A stretch of 64,000 nucleotides of DNA, taken from NCBI RefSeq assembly GCF_026571515.1, contig NW_026851615.1, positions 310,001 through 374,000 on the forward strand. The letters run 5' to 3'. The notes under the pieces are model-generated. The model did not search any database. It was not told where the DNA came from and worked only from the letters and a program-made list of their open reading frames with translations. Each line of letters starts with the position of its first letter. Position 1 is the stretch's first letter. This document shows positions 1-11,322 of the stretch, one piece after another. This DNA is from Ruditapes philippinarum. Taxonomy: Eukaryota. The translations under genes and the position numbers were made by a program.

Positions 1-1098
1 ACTTAGAGTTTAGCTAATGCGTTTTACCAGGTAAATAAACGTGCTACGTACAAATAAAATACCCCGCATAAAACAATTGTGACATGTATCTTGTTTCAAG
101 TCACACCACGTGTATTAAATTTCCCATTCTCTTTACACACTAGAATATTCAGGAAGCAATTAAGCTGTCATTTTCAAATTAAGGAAATTTTAACTTATTT
201 TCTTCCTTCTATTTCATCTTTCATAAATCATCCAAATATGAGGAGAAATTAGATAATTCATAAAGTAGGAATATAAAGTCAAACCTGTAAAAAAGACCAG
301 TGTAAGGAAATTCGGAATAGAGGCCTTTGTAGCCAGGTTATGACTTGGAAGAGATATTCTTGCTTTTCAAATAATTGATGTTGAACTGAAAATGTTTTGT
401 TTCCAATTTTTATACAGATTTTCTGATGGTCTATATTCGGAGACGGTTTTTGTTTGGAGAAAGTTTTTGTTTTGAGATTGATGGACTTTTAGGACAAGTT
501 TGACCGTATGGAGCGGAACATAAACTTCAAAACTAGAAAGACCGCACTTAACAATGTAATGTTTCATTGACATAAAAATTGGTTAAATATATAAGACTTG
601 AAAAATGTTGGTTTAATTTTAAGAGAAAACAGTCGAAAATACATTGAAATATTTCAGTAGAATAATAATTAAGATTATCATGAACCAAAAGAATGTATAC
701 TCAACATGCACATAAAGTTGAATGGTACATGTCATTTCATTAGAGCAATTAGCTACAATAAGCCTAACTTAATTTGTATGTCCATACACCCATGACAATG
801 ATTGAAATATTTTCATGGCTTATATTCTTGTATATTTTAAAAAAAGTACAAAGACACTTACAATTAAATGATTAGCCCCCGTTTTCTATGTATATGGAAA
901 ATGAGACGTATTTATTTCAATCTTTATCGTGCTAAATATCTTGTCTTTCATTCTTGACAAAGTCATTCATCATTTTTAGAAAGGTAAGTACTGATTTAAT
1001 AGCGAACAGTGCAGACCATGATCAGATGGCAAGGATTTTCCGGCTGATCTTAGTCTGCACTGTTAGCATGGGTAATATTAGTTGCCGCCAGCAGACTA

Positions 1099-1332
1099 TA
1101 AAGCCGCGTCAAAACAAAACCAACATAGTGCGTTGGCGACCAGCATTGATCCAGACCAGCCTGCGCATCCGCACAGTCTAATCAGGATCCATGCTGTCAG
1201 TCACTCTACTTGTAATAGGGTTGGTAAGCGAACAGCATGGATCCTGATCAGACTGCGCGGATGCGCAGGCTGGTCTGGATCCATGCTGGTCGCAAACGCA
1301 TTACGTTGGTTTTGTCGTGACGCGGCTCATAT
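1099..1332. mobile_element. Palindromic MITE (long TIRs, TA-flanked), copy 1
   Basis: Arms AGCCGCGTCA.AACAAAACCAACATAGTG... and ...GTTGGTTTTGTCGTGACGCGGCT are reverse complements over ~95 bp. The same element recurs at 39114, 39581 and 46454. Confidence 0.85.
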
Positions 1333-2021
1333 TTGTTTTTCGAAATCCTTACGCAAATAGAAACTAGTTAATTTGTTTGGTTAATCGTTACGTCATTTGT
1401 ATCAATATTGTTCTTTCTTTCTAACATAAGTTTCATGTACTAAAAATCCTTCTGCTAACATGGGGATAGAAAAATAAAAGAATACAATATATCAGTACGC
1501 AATAACTTTAACACTGCAACACATATAACTATAGGTCAATATATTAATTAACAACGAACTTAAAAAGTCAACAAAAATTACAATAAAATGTTAATATTAC
1601 TATATAACAGTATGTAAACAAAAATCTATACATTCATGAAAGACATTAAGGGTTAAATCGTCCGTAAATAAATATACGATTAAGCATTTGTAAAACCACT
1701 TTGTCTATGAAGGTCGTGCCAAAACTTGTAACGATTTCAAATTATACATTGGACACGAATTGTATCATAAAATATGTTAATAATAATAATATGTTAATAT
1801 CATTTCCAAATTTAAAATGACAATTTCTGTTATCAATTAATACATGCTACTGCAGGCTTCCAGAATGATAACAATGATTTGACCTGCTACAAAGATATGC
1901 GTGATCACGCGAAAAAGAGTACCGTGTGTGTGTGTGAACTGAATTTAACTGTTAACACAATTCAATTATACGTCTTTAAGGCCCCGAAGCGTAGGGATAC
2001 TACAGTAAATCCTTTGGCACA

Positions 2022-2492
2022 TCAGTCCCTAAAATGTAGTCCTTCATCTAGATGCACGGCGATGTCGTTAATGATTAAATCATCGTCATAATTTATACAA
2101 TGTGACAAGATAACGGAAGCTTTCACTGTTATGTCACCAAAAACAGCCTGTGATTGTTTCATCAGTCCGTCTTTTAGGTATCTTTTCGCCTCTTCTGCTT
2201 CGTCTTCGTACATTGGCACTGAGATGAAAGTATGTAACTTGGTTCCACCTTCAATGTATCGCCAACGTATACTCTCCAACTGGTCCCGTGCCATTAAGCC
2301 GGGTCCCAAAGGAATGCCATTAAGTATTCGCGGTAACTTTTTCAAACACGTATTTGGAATCGGGGTATCGCTATAAACTGACTGGAATGACACTTGTAAC
2401 AGAAAGCAAACTTTCTCATCTTCACGTTTCCGTTGGTTTTTCACTAATTTAGAAGCGTCACTGGAACTGATTGTAAACAGAGATGACGACAT
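2022..2492 (-). CDS. Intronless hypothetical protein, 156 aa from first ATG (MSSSLFTISS...LDEGLHFRD)
   Basis: 600-bp open frame, higher GC than the flanks, ATG at 2492, natural-looking amino acid composition, and promoter-like motifs upstream. No domain recognised. Confidence 0.6.
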   Translation of the reverse strand: MSSSLFTISSSDASKLVKNQRKREDEKVCFLLQVSFQSVYSDTPIPNTCLKKLPRILNGIPLGPGLMARDQLESIRWRYIEGGTKLHTFISVPMYEDEAEEAKRYLKDGLMKQSQAVFGDITVKASVILSHCINYDDDLIINDIAVHLDEGLHFRD

Positions 2493-2660
2493 CCTTGAAG
2501 TATTTTCAACCAATGTCACAGGCTCGAGTACACTAACGGTCCGTAACAAGGGCAATTGGAAGTTGCAAAACTGGCCCTGATTAATTTCCGACCACGCAGC
2601 CAGTTTGATTGTTAAATCCAGCACATTATTTTCCTATTTCACGGCAAGCTATCCGCTCTT

Positions 2661-2758
2661 CATTTATTATAATCCGTTGTAAAGTATAATTGTAATTTGT
2701 CCTGCGATAAAATTACGACTGAAAATAATCGTATCTTTCTACCTTCTTATTGACGTCA
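2661..2758 (-). promoter_or_regulatory. Putative promoter of the orphan ORF: perfect CRE (TGACGTCA 2751-2758) and TATA-like TATAATAAA (~2663-2671)
   Basis: Motifs seen directly, in the expected order upstream of the minus-strand ORF. Function is inferred. Confidence 0.4.
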
Positions 2759-3661
2759 GATTACCATTGAGGAAATGCCAACATTTTCAGTAAATGACAT
2801 TGCAGCATTTCAAAACTAAATTCGTGAAGGTCAACTTTAAAATCGATATACTCCACTGTTCTAATAACCTATTTATTAGTCATTTATATAGTTTACATAC
2901 AAGTTTTAAAACACGTGTACATAAAACGTTTTATCGAGCTATCAACTGCGAAATGTATATACACTAAATACTTCGTATAAACCGTACCATTATAATAAGT
3001 TCCTTAGTGCTACCAGTGTTTCGCCAACATATTGTTTCAATATGAAAAGAACATGCGGAATATATATATAAATATAGGTAAGAGAGAAATGCGTCAATGT
3101 TACACTACAAAATAAACACAGGCAAGATTATGTATAGACGCAAACCTCGACCGATTTATGTATAAGTTTACCTATACAACATGCGCCAAAAGACTTATCT
3201 GTAATGTCTTATCACAAAATGCAATATGTATTCAATAATATATTGACATAACAGATAATAGAGCAAATCCGCTCCGGGAGGGTTATAGTATTCACTGGAG
3301 AATACTAGCTGGGGCATGATCATTTTATTTTGTATACAGGAATAGTTCCATTTACATATCTATTTCATAAACTATATATAATAATTATAATCGTTTCAGG
3401 CTTACGTCACTGTTAACTACGTGTATACAATGTCTCTTCTGGTTTTCACAAATTATAAACTGTATAAACATGTATTTTCTGAACAATATATATGTACCAT
3501 AATATCATACACTGAACAATAAAAAGAAATTTCTCCTGTGTTTAAACGGAGATATATAGTGTTATTTAAAAAAATCAAAACGTCAAATGAGCTACATATA
3601 TTCGGGCGAACGATTATGTGTCCGATAAAACAAATTTTAACTCGATTACGGAAGAGCATCA

Positions 3662-4823
3662 GTGGCAGGTGTGTGTTTTATAAACTCGAAATTTCGACTT
3701 ACTAACTTGAAATTGCGACTAAGTATATCTTAATCTCGACTTAGTAACTCGAAATTTAGACTAAGAAACGTTACTAGAATGGCCAAAAAGTTATGAGTTA
3801 TCAAGAGTTTAGATAATATAAGATATAGTAGGGAATGCGATTGTACGATGGAGATGGAGAGCCGGGTGCCTGGACAAACTATTGAAGTAAACCTTAAAGT
3901 GCGGTCAACTTTGACAATGGCATGTACACGCCCGACCTCAAAAACACAAGGCTTCCTTTAATTTGTACGTTCGTGCGTTGTATTGTATCCCATCTGTTCG
4001 AACATATCTTTTCACTAATCCCTGTGAATAAAACGATCCTATAGTGTGGGACATCTGAGGAAGTACCGCGGTGTGGCCAAAATAGGGCGTGCTGAGGCCT
4101 TTGTCAAATTTGTTGGGCTGACTATGTTTCTTGTAAAATCGGATGCTTTAATATCATTGCCAGCATGTATCCACTTTTATCAACTTTATCAACACAATAT
4201 GGATCAAATTCCGAGTAAATAAAAGTATATATAATTCATTGTATTGACAAATATCTTTTAAACACGAGCTGTCGGTAGGACAACAACGCTCGACTATTCT
4301 TAGTGCTTGAGCCTTGATAATGTAAAATTTTCTTAGTTGACAAAAGGGTAATTTTTTTCTTTTAATCCATGTTACAGTTATAGGCCTTGGAGAGAGTCCT
4401 ATTATGCTCTCAAAGAAGAGTATAAAATTTTAACTTGTTTCAAAGCCAGATGTCAATAGAATATGAAAATGTCTGAGGTGGTATGTAAACTTAAATGCAA
4501 ATTCAAAGTTTAAAAAGGGGCATTATTCTGCCAAATGATTCATCCTGTCACATCCTGTCTACAGGTTGGGGTCATGATGGTGAACAAGTGTGCAAAGTTT
4601 CAAAGCCATATGTCAATGGACTTTGAAAATATTTGAGGTGTTACAAAAGCTTTAACGAAAATTTTAAGTCGGAAAAGGGGTATAATTCTGTCAAAATGCT
4701 TGATACAGTTACCTCATCCTGTTTACAGGTTGAGGTAATGATGGTGAACAAGTGTGCAAAGTTTCAAAGCCAAAATTTCGAGTAAGTCGAAATTTCGAGT
4801 TAGTAACACACACACCTGGCACC
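3662..4823. mobile_element. Non-autonomous TIR element with subterminal CTCGAAATTTCGACTT repeats; contains a nested satellite/HINE-like fragment (~4261-4772)
   Basis: 3662-3703 (CAGGTGTGTG..AACTCGAAATTTCGACTTACT) is the reverse complement of 4780-4823. Inside is a ~165-bp tandem repeat (..TCATGATGGTGAACAAGTGTGCAAAGTTTCAAAGCC). Confidence 0.6.
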
Positions 4824-4982
4824 AATGCTCTTCCGTACATTTTGCAGAGAAACCCGTTAAACGTGCATGCACGGACCAGTAGATTCGTGCATATTTTATG
4901 GAACCTTTCAGTGCAATATAATGGACTTTCAAGTCAATAAGAAAAAGACCTTGATTTTTGTTCAGTTTTCTTTATCTTTAAA

Positions 4983-5309
4983 ATGCCTAGAACTTCCGCA
5001 ACATTTAGGCGACCGTGGCATTGGCATGCTTAATGCTGGTATGACGATGAATGCCGTCGCTATAGAAACTCTTGCTATTCGACACCTTAGGCAACGTTTT
5101 TAAGCAACATGGCGTACAGAAAATCGACCACGTAGAGGACGTCCACCCGTCACGACGCAAGCCCAAGACCGCTATATTCGGAACACTCATATATTTGAAA
5201 GACCCTGAGCTAAGACAAGCCTTAATTTAGAAATGGAACAACATTCCACAAGCCGAAGCGCCAACGATGCCAGGCAGTCTTTCATGCTGAATATGGTCAT
5301 ACCTGATAT
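4983..5309 (+). pseudogene. Internally deleted Tc1/mariner-type transposase remnant
   Basis: N-terminal HTH motifs (MPR..GIGMLNAG..LRQRF*AT..NRPRRGRPPVTTQAQDRYIR) are joined to C-terminal motifs (ELRQALI*KWNNIPQ; RQRCQAVFHAEYGHT*Y). The DDE core is missing and stops are present. Confidence 0.8.
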
Positions 5310-5319
5310 ACGTGTAGTC

Positions 5320-5391
5320 TCTGGTGTGGTCTAGTGGTTAGGATTCCTGGTTTTCACCTAGGCGGCCCGAGTTCGATTCCCGGCAACGGAA
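5320..5391 (+). pseudogene. tRNA-Glu(TTC), degenerate copy
   Basis: 72-nt match to the intact copies, with substitutions in the acceptor, anticodon and T stems. Confidence 0.8.
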
Positions 5392-6534
5392 AACACTTTT
5401 GTTCTCAAGTTTTTTTTCGTCTTCATTTTAATCGATCTGTACTCTGGTTTAAAAAAAATAGTATCAAGTGAACAACGCACTATTGCCGGGCTACATGTTT
5501 ATCGACAGTAGAAAAATAGAACGTAAACAGAATGGCATCTATTAATGCACAATGAAACCGCCAAAATCTGGCGCGGAAAAAATTGTTTATAGATGCTTAA
5601 TTCGTAATTATCTCGTATCTTGTTCATTTAAGTACATAAGTATATATTTATTGTGAATATATGTAGCAGAGAGACAAAGTCGTGTTAGTTTTGTACTGAA
5701 AGTGTACGGAAGGTGAAAAAAGAAGGTCAAATGTGGAATGGGAATAGTTCAATTGGATAACCCATTACCTCCGGACCTCCCAACAATGTACAGAACTCAA
5801 TGACTATATATACTGTATTGTAAAGTTTGTAGCTTTTAACCAACTTTTAATTTACATAAATGTTCTTGTAATTTTATCCTGCAAAAAAAGTCAATGCATC
5901 TATAGCATTTCATAAATGCATACGTTCACATGGATAATCGACTGCAAAGTAATTGGTCAATTTTACAATTGTGCCGAGCTCAATCTCATACTTTTAATGC
6001 AGTTCTATAAATATAGAATATAAATATAGACATACAACATACAGATCTAGTACACTACGGGAAAGCATGCATGCATGTATTCGTCACTGGCCGTTTTGAC
6101 AGAAATAACGGCTTTTTTTTTAAGAATCAGCTTCTTTCTTAAGATTTATATTTTTACCGTAAAATAAGTCCTACGGGTCCTACGTGTGTATAATATATAA
6201 AAAAATATTAGAAAATGTGGACAAACATCGATGAGAGCTCTGGTACTAAATGAACAAAATACTGTGACAATTATCTATAAACATAGATCAATCTTTCAGC
6301 CAGCCCATATTCTTTTTCATGTCAACGGAATCTATTGAGAAAAACAACCGGACACTTTTAGCAACGACTTTTTGTTTGATTTCCATGCTGTTTATGTACA
6401 AAGAAATAAACAAATGACATGTATCTATAATATTATCAGCTGCGTACATATACATCGTTTTCCACATCAAATAGCTCATCCCGCTCCGTTTATCCTCATT
6501 ATACACAATTTCCCGATAGGAATGACGTGTTGTC

Positions 6535-6606
6535 TCCGGTGTAGTCTAGTGGTTAGGATTCCTGGTTTTCACCCAGGCGGCCCAGGTTCGATTCCCGGCA
6601 CCGGAA
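6535..6606 (+). tRNA. trnE: tRNA-Glu(TTC), variant copy (T-stem mismatch)
   Basis: Cloverleaf with CCTGG-TT-TTC-AC-CCAGG anticodon arm. Two substitutions relative to the 12612 copy. TTTT terminator downstream. Confidence 0.85.
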
Positions 6607-6762
6607 CACACTTTTGTTCTCAAGTTTGTTTTCGTCTTCATTTTAATCGATCTGTATAGTATAGTTAAAAATAAGTTTCAAGTGAACAACGCACTATTGC
6701 GACCGGCTCCACATTTTCGTAAAACTGACGAACATTTCCTTTTATAACTTCGAAAAATGTAA

Positions 6763-6827
6763 CGCCCAATGTGGGGCCCGAACCCACGACCCCGAGATTA
6801 AGAGTCTCGTGCTCTACCGACTGCGCT
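6763..6827 (-). pseudogene. tRNA-Lys(CTT) 3' portion, split by the Dada-like insertion (5' end lies at 11350-11362)
   Basis: Matches the intact copy at 12843-12915 up to the A box. The remaining GCCCGGCTAGC and upstream spacer resume at 11350-11362. Confidence 0.93.
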
Positions 6828-8847
6828 TGAAGATCATCTTTGTCCCAGGCAAAGATACAGCTGCTTAGCCTCCGCATGAACAATCCGCTTGCCGTACCAC
6901 AGCAGTCACGGTCAACATAGATGACCTCTGGTGGTGGATGTCCTGCATCACTAAACCTCTTCATCAGACCCTGCAATGAATACCCATTTTATGTTGTTGT
7001 ATCTTTTTTCTTTTTTTTAAATATATTTGACAGTAATTGGCATATTATTTGGCATGACTTGCAAATCGTTATAGTCTTCGGACTAAATACTTACAAATCT
7101 CTAAAAGATATGTCTTTTTGAAACATCTAGGACCGAGAGCTAGAGACCTTTTATGGTATGAGGATTTTATGTTATATGCTTCAAAAATAATCAGAGCATA
7201 ACTGTAATATCATACCTTTGCCATCCTCATGAGCCCAAATCGACCTTCACCAGCAGTCAAAACTGACATCAGTACTTGGCCGTACTCATTACCCACATTG
7301 GTCGCCCATTCTGCTGTGCCCGTTGTTGGTCCTGATAATTTTTTAGTGATCTTTTTTGTTGAATCAACTTTGAGAATACGACCAAACACTGATGTTATGT
7401 TCGCCTTCACCTCTTGAAGTCTCTGCAGGACATCCTGAATGTAGACCTGCATCAGCCATCTGTATTCAGGTACACTTGCCATGACTGGTGGCTCGATAAA
7501 ATGTGGTGCCTCAACCAGCCCTGATGATGCAGCTCCTGCTACAGTCTTGCATGCTGACAGGTACTGTATGGTCTTCTGGTACCACTCTGTGCTATGTTGT
7601 TCTTGAAGCTTTTTGTGGATCTGGGATGCACTATTTCCCAAACCACATTGCCTCTTTTTCCATTCGTTCTGCTGCAGCCAACAGTTCTTGGTCATATGTG
7701 CTGGACAGAACCTCTGTAGTTGCTGAAATAGATAATAGTCATATTAAATTATACTATTAGTGTGTTTTTCATCTGAGTTATTTTCTATTAATGTTCTTAT
7801 TATAATTTTTCTATGATGAAAGTACAACAAAACAACACAAAATTTAAAAAGTTTTCTTTCCAGCACATTTCTAAATATAAAAGCAACATGTGGCTGTGAG
7901 ATCCTTGTTAACCCCTAAGCCCCTTATACTAGGATTGTCATTGAATATGGCAATATTGAAATGTCATCGATATTTACCATTCAATGCAATATCTATACAC
8001 AATATATGTACACTCACACAATTATTGAATTTTTTTCAAGACATTGCATTTTTTATAGAGATATTGGTATAAATATGTGAGGCAGATATAAACTGACTCA
8101 TTTATAAAAAGGTAAGGTATTGGATGCAATTAATAGCACTTTAGTAAAATTAAGAATGTAGTAAAAAAATACCTTGTACTTTGACAGTTGGCTTTTTCCT
8201 GTTTTCTTTTTCTGTACTGCCTCAACTCCCTCTGGGAACAGTTTTAAATAGTTCCTGAGTGCCATCTTGTTTAAATAATTTGCTGAAGATGAAGTGGGCT
8301 CTTTTTTCTGAATCAGCAGCAAGGTACGCAGCATAGCCCAATGCATTTGAGGCAAGCCACTGGAAGGTTTCACCCCTATATATAGTGTTAAAGTAACAGT
8401 TTAATAATTCAATCATATAACATATATTTATACACATTGCATTATAATAATAATAATAATCAGAGCACTAAAATATATATTTTATCTATGATAAAAAAGA
8501 TTAAAAAAAAGCTATTTCTATCTGCTATTGATAACCTTTATTAAGTTAAGACCCCATCCCCCCCCCCCCCACCCCCCAAAAAAGGAAATAGTTTCAGTTA
8601 TTCTTGCCTGAATATCCCAAACTGAATTCGGAACTGCCCCAGCAAATGTTTTTTATTCGAAACATCACCACCAACACGCCGTACAGAAACCTCGGCCTCG
8701 GCCCGCACTTTGATAGCAGACATTGGTGGCACTAGCCTGGGATGGCACATAAACACGCTGTCGCTGTTCAAGCCTAACTCTCTTGGCATTGTCTGTATCT
8801 GCCAAACTGGGGCCTGCCTGTGTCTGCTTAAATACCGGTTCCAACAT
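6828..8847 (-). pseudogene. Dada-like DDE transposase pseudogene; exons ~8848-8608, 8375-8173, 7722-7216, 6970-6828
   Basis: LLGQFRIQFGIFR|GETFQWLASNALGY (in-frame GC-AG splice); GLGNSASQIHKKLQEQH; ILKVDSTKKITKKLSG; WATNVGNEYGQVLMSVLTAGEG; MAK|GLMKRF (phase-0 GT-AG splice); PPPEVIYVDRDCCG; FMRRLSSCIFAWD. Frameshifts near 8790, 8305 and 7650. The C-terminus is lost. Confidence 0.85.
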
Positions 8848-10362
8848 CCTGAAGTAAAACCAGTCTCACTTGAAATATTATCAAATGTTTGTATTCATTA
8901 GAAAAAAAAAGAATGCCAAAAGTACTAGGGGGGAGTATATTTGGGTTAAGTTATATTGTATAGATGATATCTAATTAGTGTAGATTTAATACCAAATTTA
9001 TTGAACAAGTTGAATAAAAGCAAAGTAAGCAAGCCTCTGGCAAATTAAATTGTTAAAAATCAATAAGTTCAATAAATTTAGTATTGATTCTATACAAATA
9101 TTACATTCTATTTATCACATATCAAATATAACAATTGTTTACAGTTTATTTAAATATATTAAAATGTGACCTTTTCGAAAACCTAGCTAAACACCGTTTT
9201 CCGGTACGTTAGGGATTTAGCTCTGGGGAATTATACCAAATAAAGTACATAACACAGTTACATGACATTTCTATCATTATTTTACCGTTTAAGGTGAAAG
9301 AAATTGATAATGATTTACTTAAACGAATTACCATCATAACATATTATTATAAATTATCACGATTAAAATTAGGTTTGAAAAGTTTTGAGTACGAATCATT
9401 ACATTATTTTGCTTATTTAGTGAAAATATATCTTTAATTTTAATCATTTGGTCTACTGTTATAAAAGGAATCATTGACAAACTAATGAAAGTTTTCTTCA
9501 AGAGCTTCATTCATAATCATTGCTATTTACTTATCAAAATAACAATTTGACAACATAATTATTATCTTTATAAACAATCAATTGTAATATATTGTACTTA
9601 CCAGAGAAATGGGTATAAAACGACTAAATATTTACTTAAAAGTTTTAAATTTTAAGGCTCTATACAAGTGACAGAAATGAAGCCTTAAATAACAAAGTTC
9701 TGTAAAGAAATATGTGTTGCATAACTATAAGTTAAACATAATACATAATCTTAACCGAGTTTTATGTCACAGTCATATGGTGACTTACAGCTTAACTGGT
9801 TGAAGACATCAGGTGCCCCTATGTGCATTATTTCTGGGAACAGGCACCATAGGCATAATAGTACAGCGATTTTTTTCTCTGAATTGTGAATGGGCCCGGT
9901 ACCATAAAAATTGTAAAAAAAAGCGACATTTCTTAACAAATTGTGAACTCATGGAAGAAATCATGGTTGGCTAAACACATTTTAAGATAAACAAAGCACA
10001 ACAGGCAAAATTTACCAGCATTATTATGTCTAAACCGCCCTATTGAAGATTGTGTCTACCATGTTTAGACCCATACTAGGTAGAAAAGAGGCGAGTGAAT
10101 TGGTGTTTGTATGTGAGGAACATTGTAGGGGTGTGTGACGAACATTGTAGAACTATACATTGAACATTGTATAAGTATGCATTGGACATTGTAAAAACAG
10201 TAAATTATGCATGTGTTGCTTGTTTGTTAATATTGAAAGTTTTTATATAAAATAAATAATAAAAAATATCATCGTTAAACTTTTGTTGTTGTTTTTGTTG
10301 TAAATTTTTTTTTATTTCTTGAAAAGTGTTAACATTTTAAAGCAAAATAAATAATAAAAAAA

Positions 10363-10469
10363 TGGGGCCGGGTTGACCAGAAATAACATTGATTTGGGGC
10401 CGGGTTGACCAATTTGGGGTCGGGCTAACTTGGGGCCGGGTTGACTTGGGGCCGGGTTGACTTGTACCG
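10363..10469. repeat. Five GGGGCCGGGTTGAC-type repeats ending TTGTACCG; probable subterminal repeats of a nested DNA-transposon fragment
   Basis: Repeats seen directly in the first intron region of the Dada-like element. The matching other end was not established. Confidence 0.55.
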
Positions 10470-11199
10470 CTTAATTATACATAATAACATTATTAATGGC
10501 TTAAATAATCAAAATTGTGAAATTTCATCAGAATTGTGAACGGGTCCGTCGGACCCAGTCTGAAAATTGTGAAGGTCCTTTTGTGATTGTGAAAGGGTCC
10601 CTTATTGGGTACCACTTATATAGGGAAAAAATCGCTGTACTAGTAGAACCATAGACATTCCATGATAAGCTTGCTACATGTATATTGCTTCCTCCTATTA
10701 AGGAATCCAAACTTCTTGGTGGAAGTTGAACCTACAGCAGTTAGGGAAAATATTGGTAACAAAGTGAAGTTCATCCAAGCAATCTCCAAGAAAGAACCCA
10801 TACATGTATGTCTATTTTCCAATTATTTTCATACAATATATTAAAGAATATACTAGAAAATTGAAATATGAAATTAATCTACGGTACATATTCTATTTTT
10901 ATGGGGGTATGGGTGGTGGTCTGAAAGATACCATGGCCTTAAACTATAAATGTATTTGCTAGTATAAAACAGATCAAATTCGTTTGTCTCACTTCATCCG
11001 AATAAGTTTATCCGAAATGTATCATGGTCAGTTTTTCTTACAATCTCCGTAATATCGTAAATAATATAAACTTGGACACTATTATAGAGTGGAATCTTAC
11101 CTATTATTTCCAAAAAAAGGTTAAACACCAGCTATAAAATTAGATACGTAGAGTAAACGAAAGTAAAAATTAAAAGTCTGCTGATACTATAGTACATAT

Positions 11200-11322
11200 C
11201 CGCCATTTTCTGATTCTCGGTAATCTCTTGTTCACTGATTGGTTAATTTTCGGTAATTTTCGGTCATATTCGGTAGGGCTTAACCAATGAGATGATGGGA
11301 TTCTACCGAAAATCTACCGAAA
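11200..11322 (-). promoter_or_regulatory. Putative promoter/subterminal region of the Dada-like element (YY1-like AAAATGGCGG, inverted CCAAT boxes, TCGGTA repeats)
   Basis: CCGCCATTTT at 11200. ATTGGTTAA/TTAACCAAT inverted pair at 11238-11246 and 11280-11288. Splice donor AG|GTAAG at 11100 on the minus strand. Confidence 0.5.

Noticed and set aside
954-1360. ORFs at 954, 1082 (and similar ones at 38959, 39506, 46463)
   Set aside because: They are translations of the palindromic MITE.
6665-6976. Transposase-tRNA fusion ORF as a functional chimeric protein
   Set aside because: By-product of the 3' deletion of the element. Upstream exons are frameshifted.
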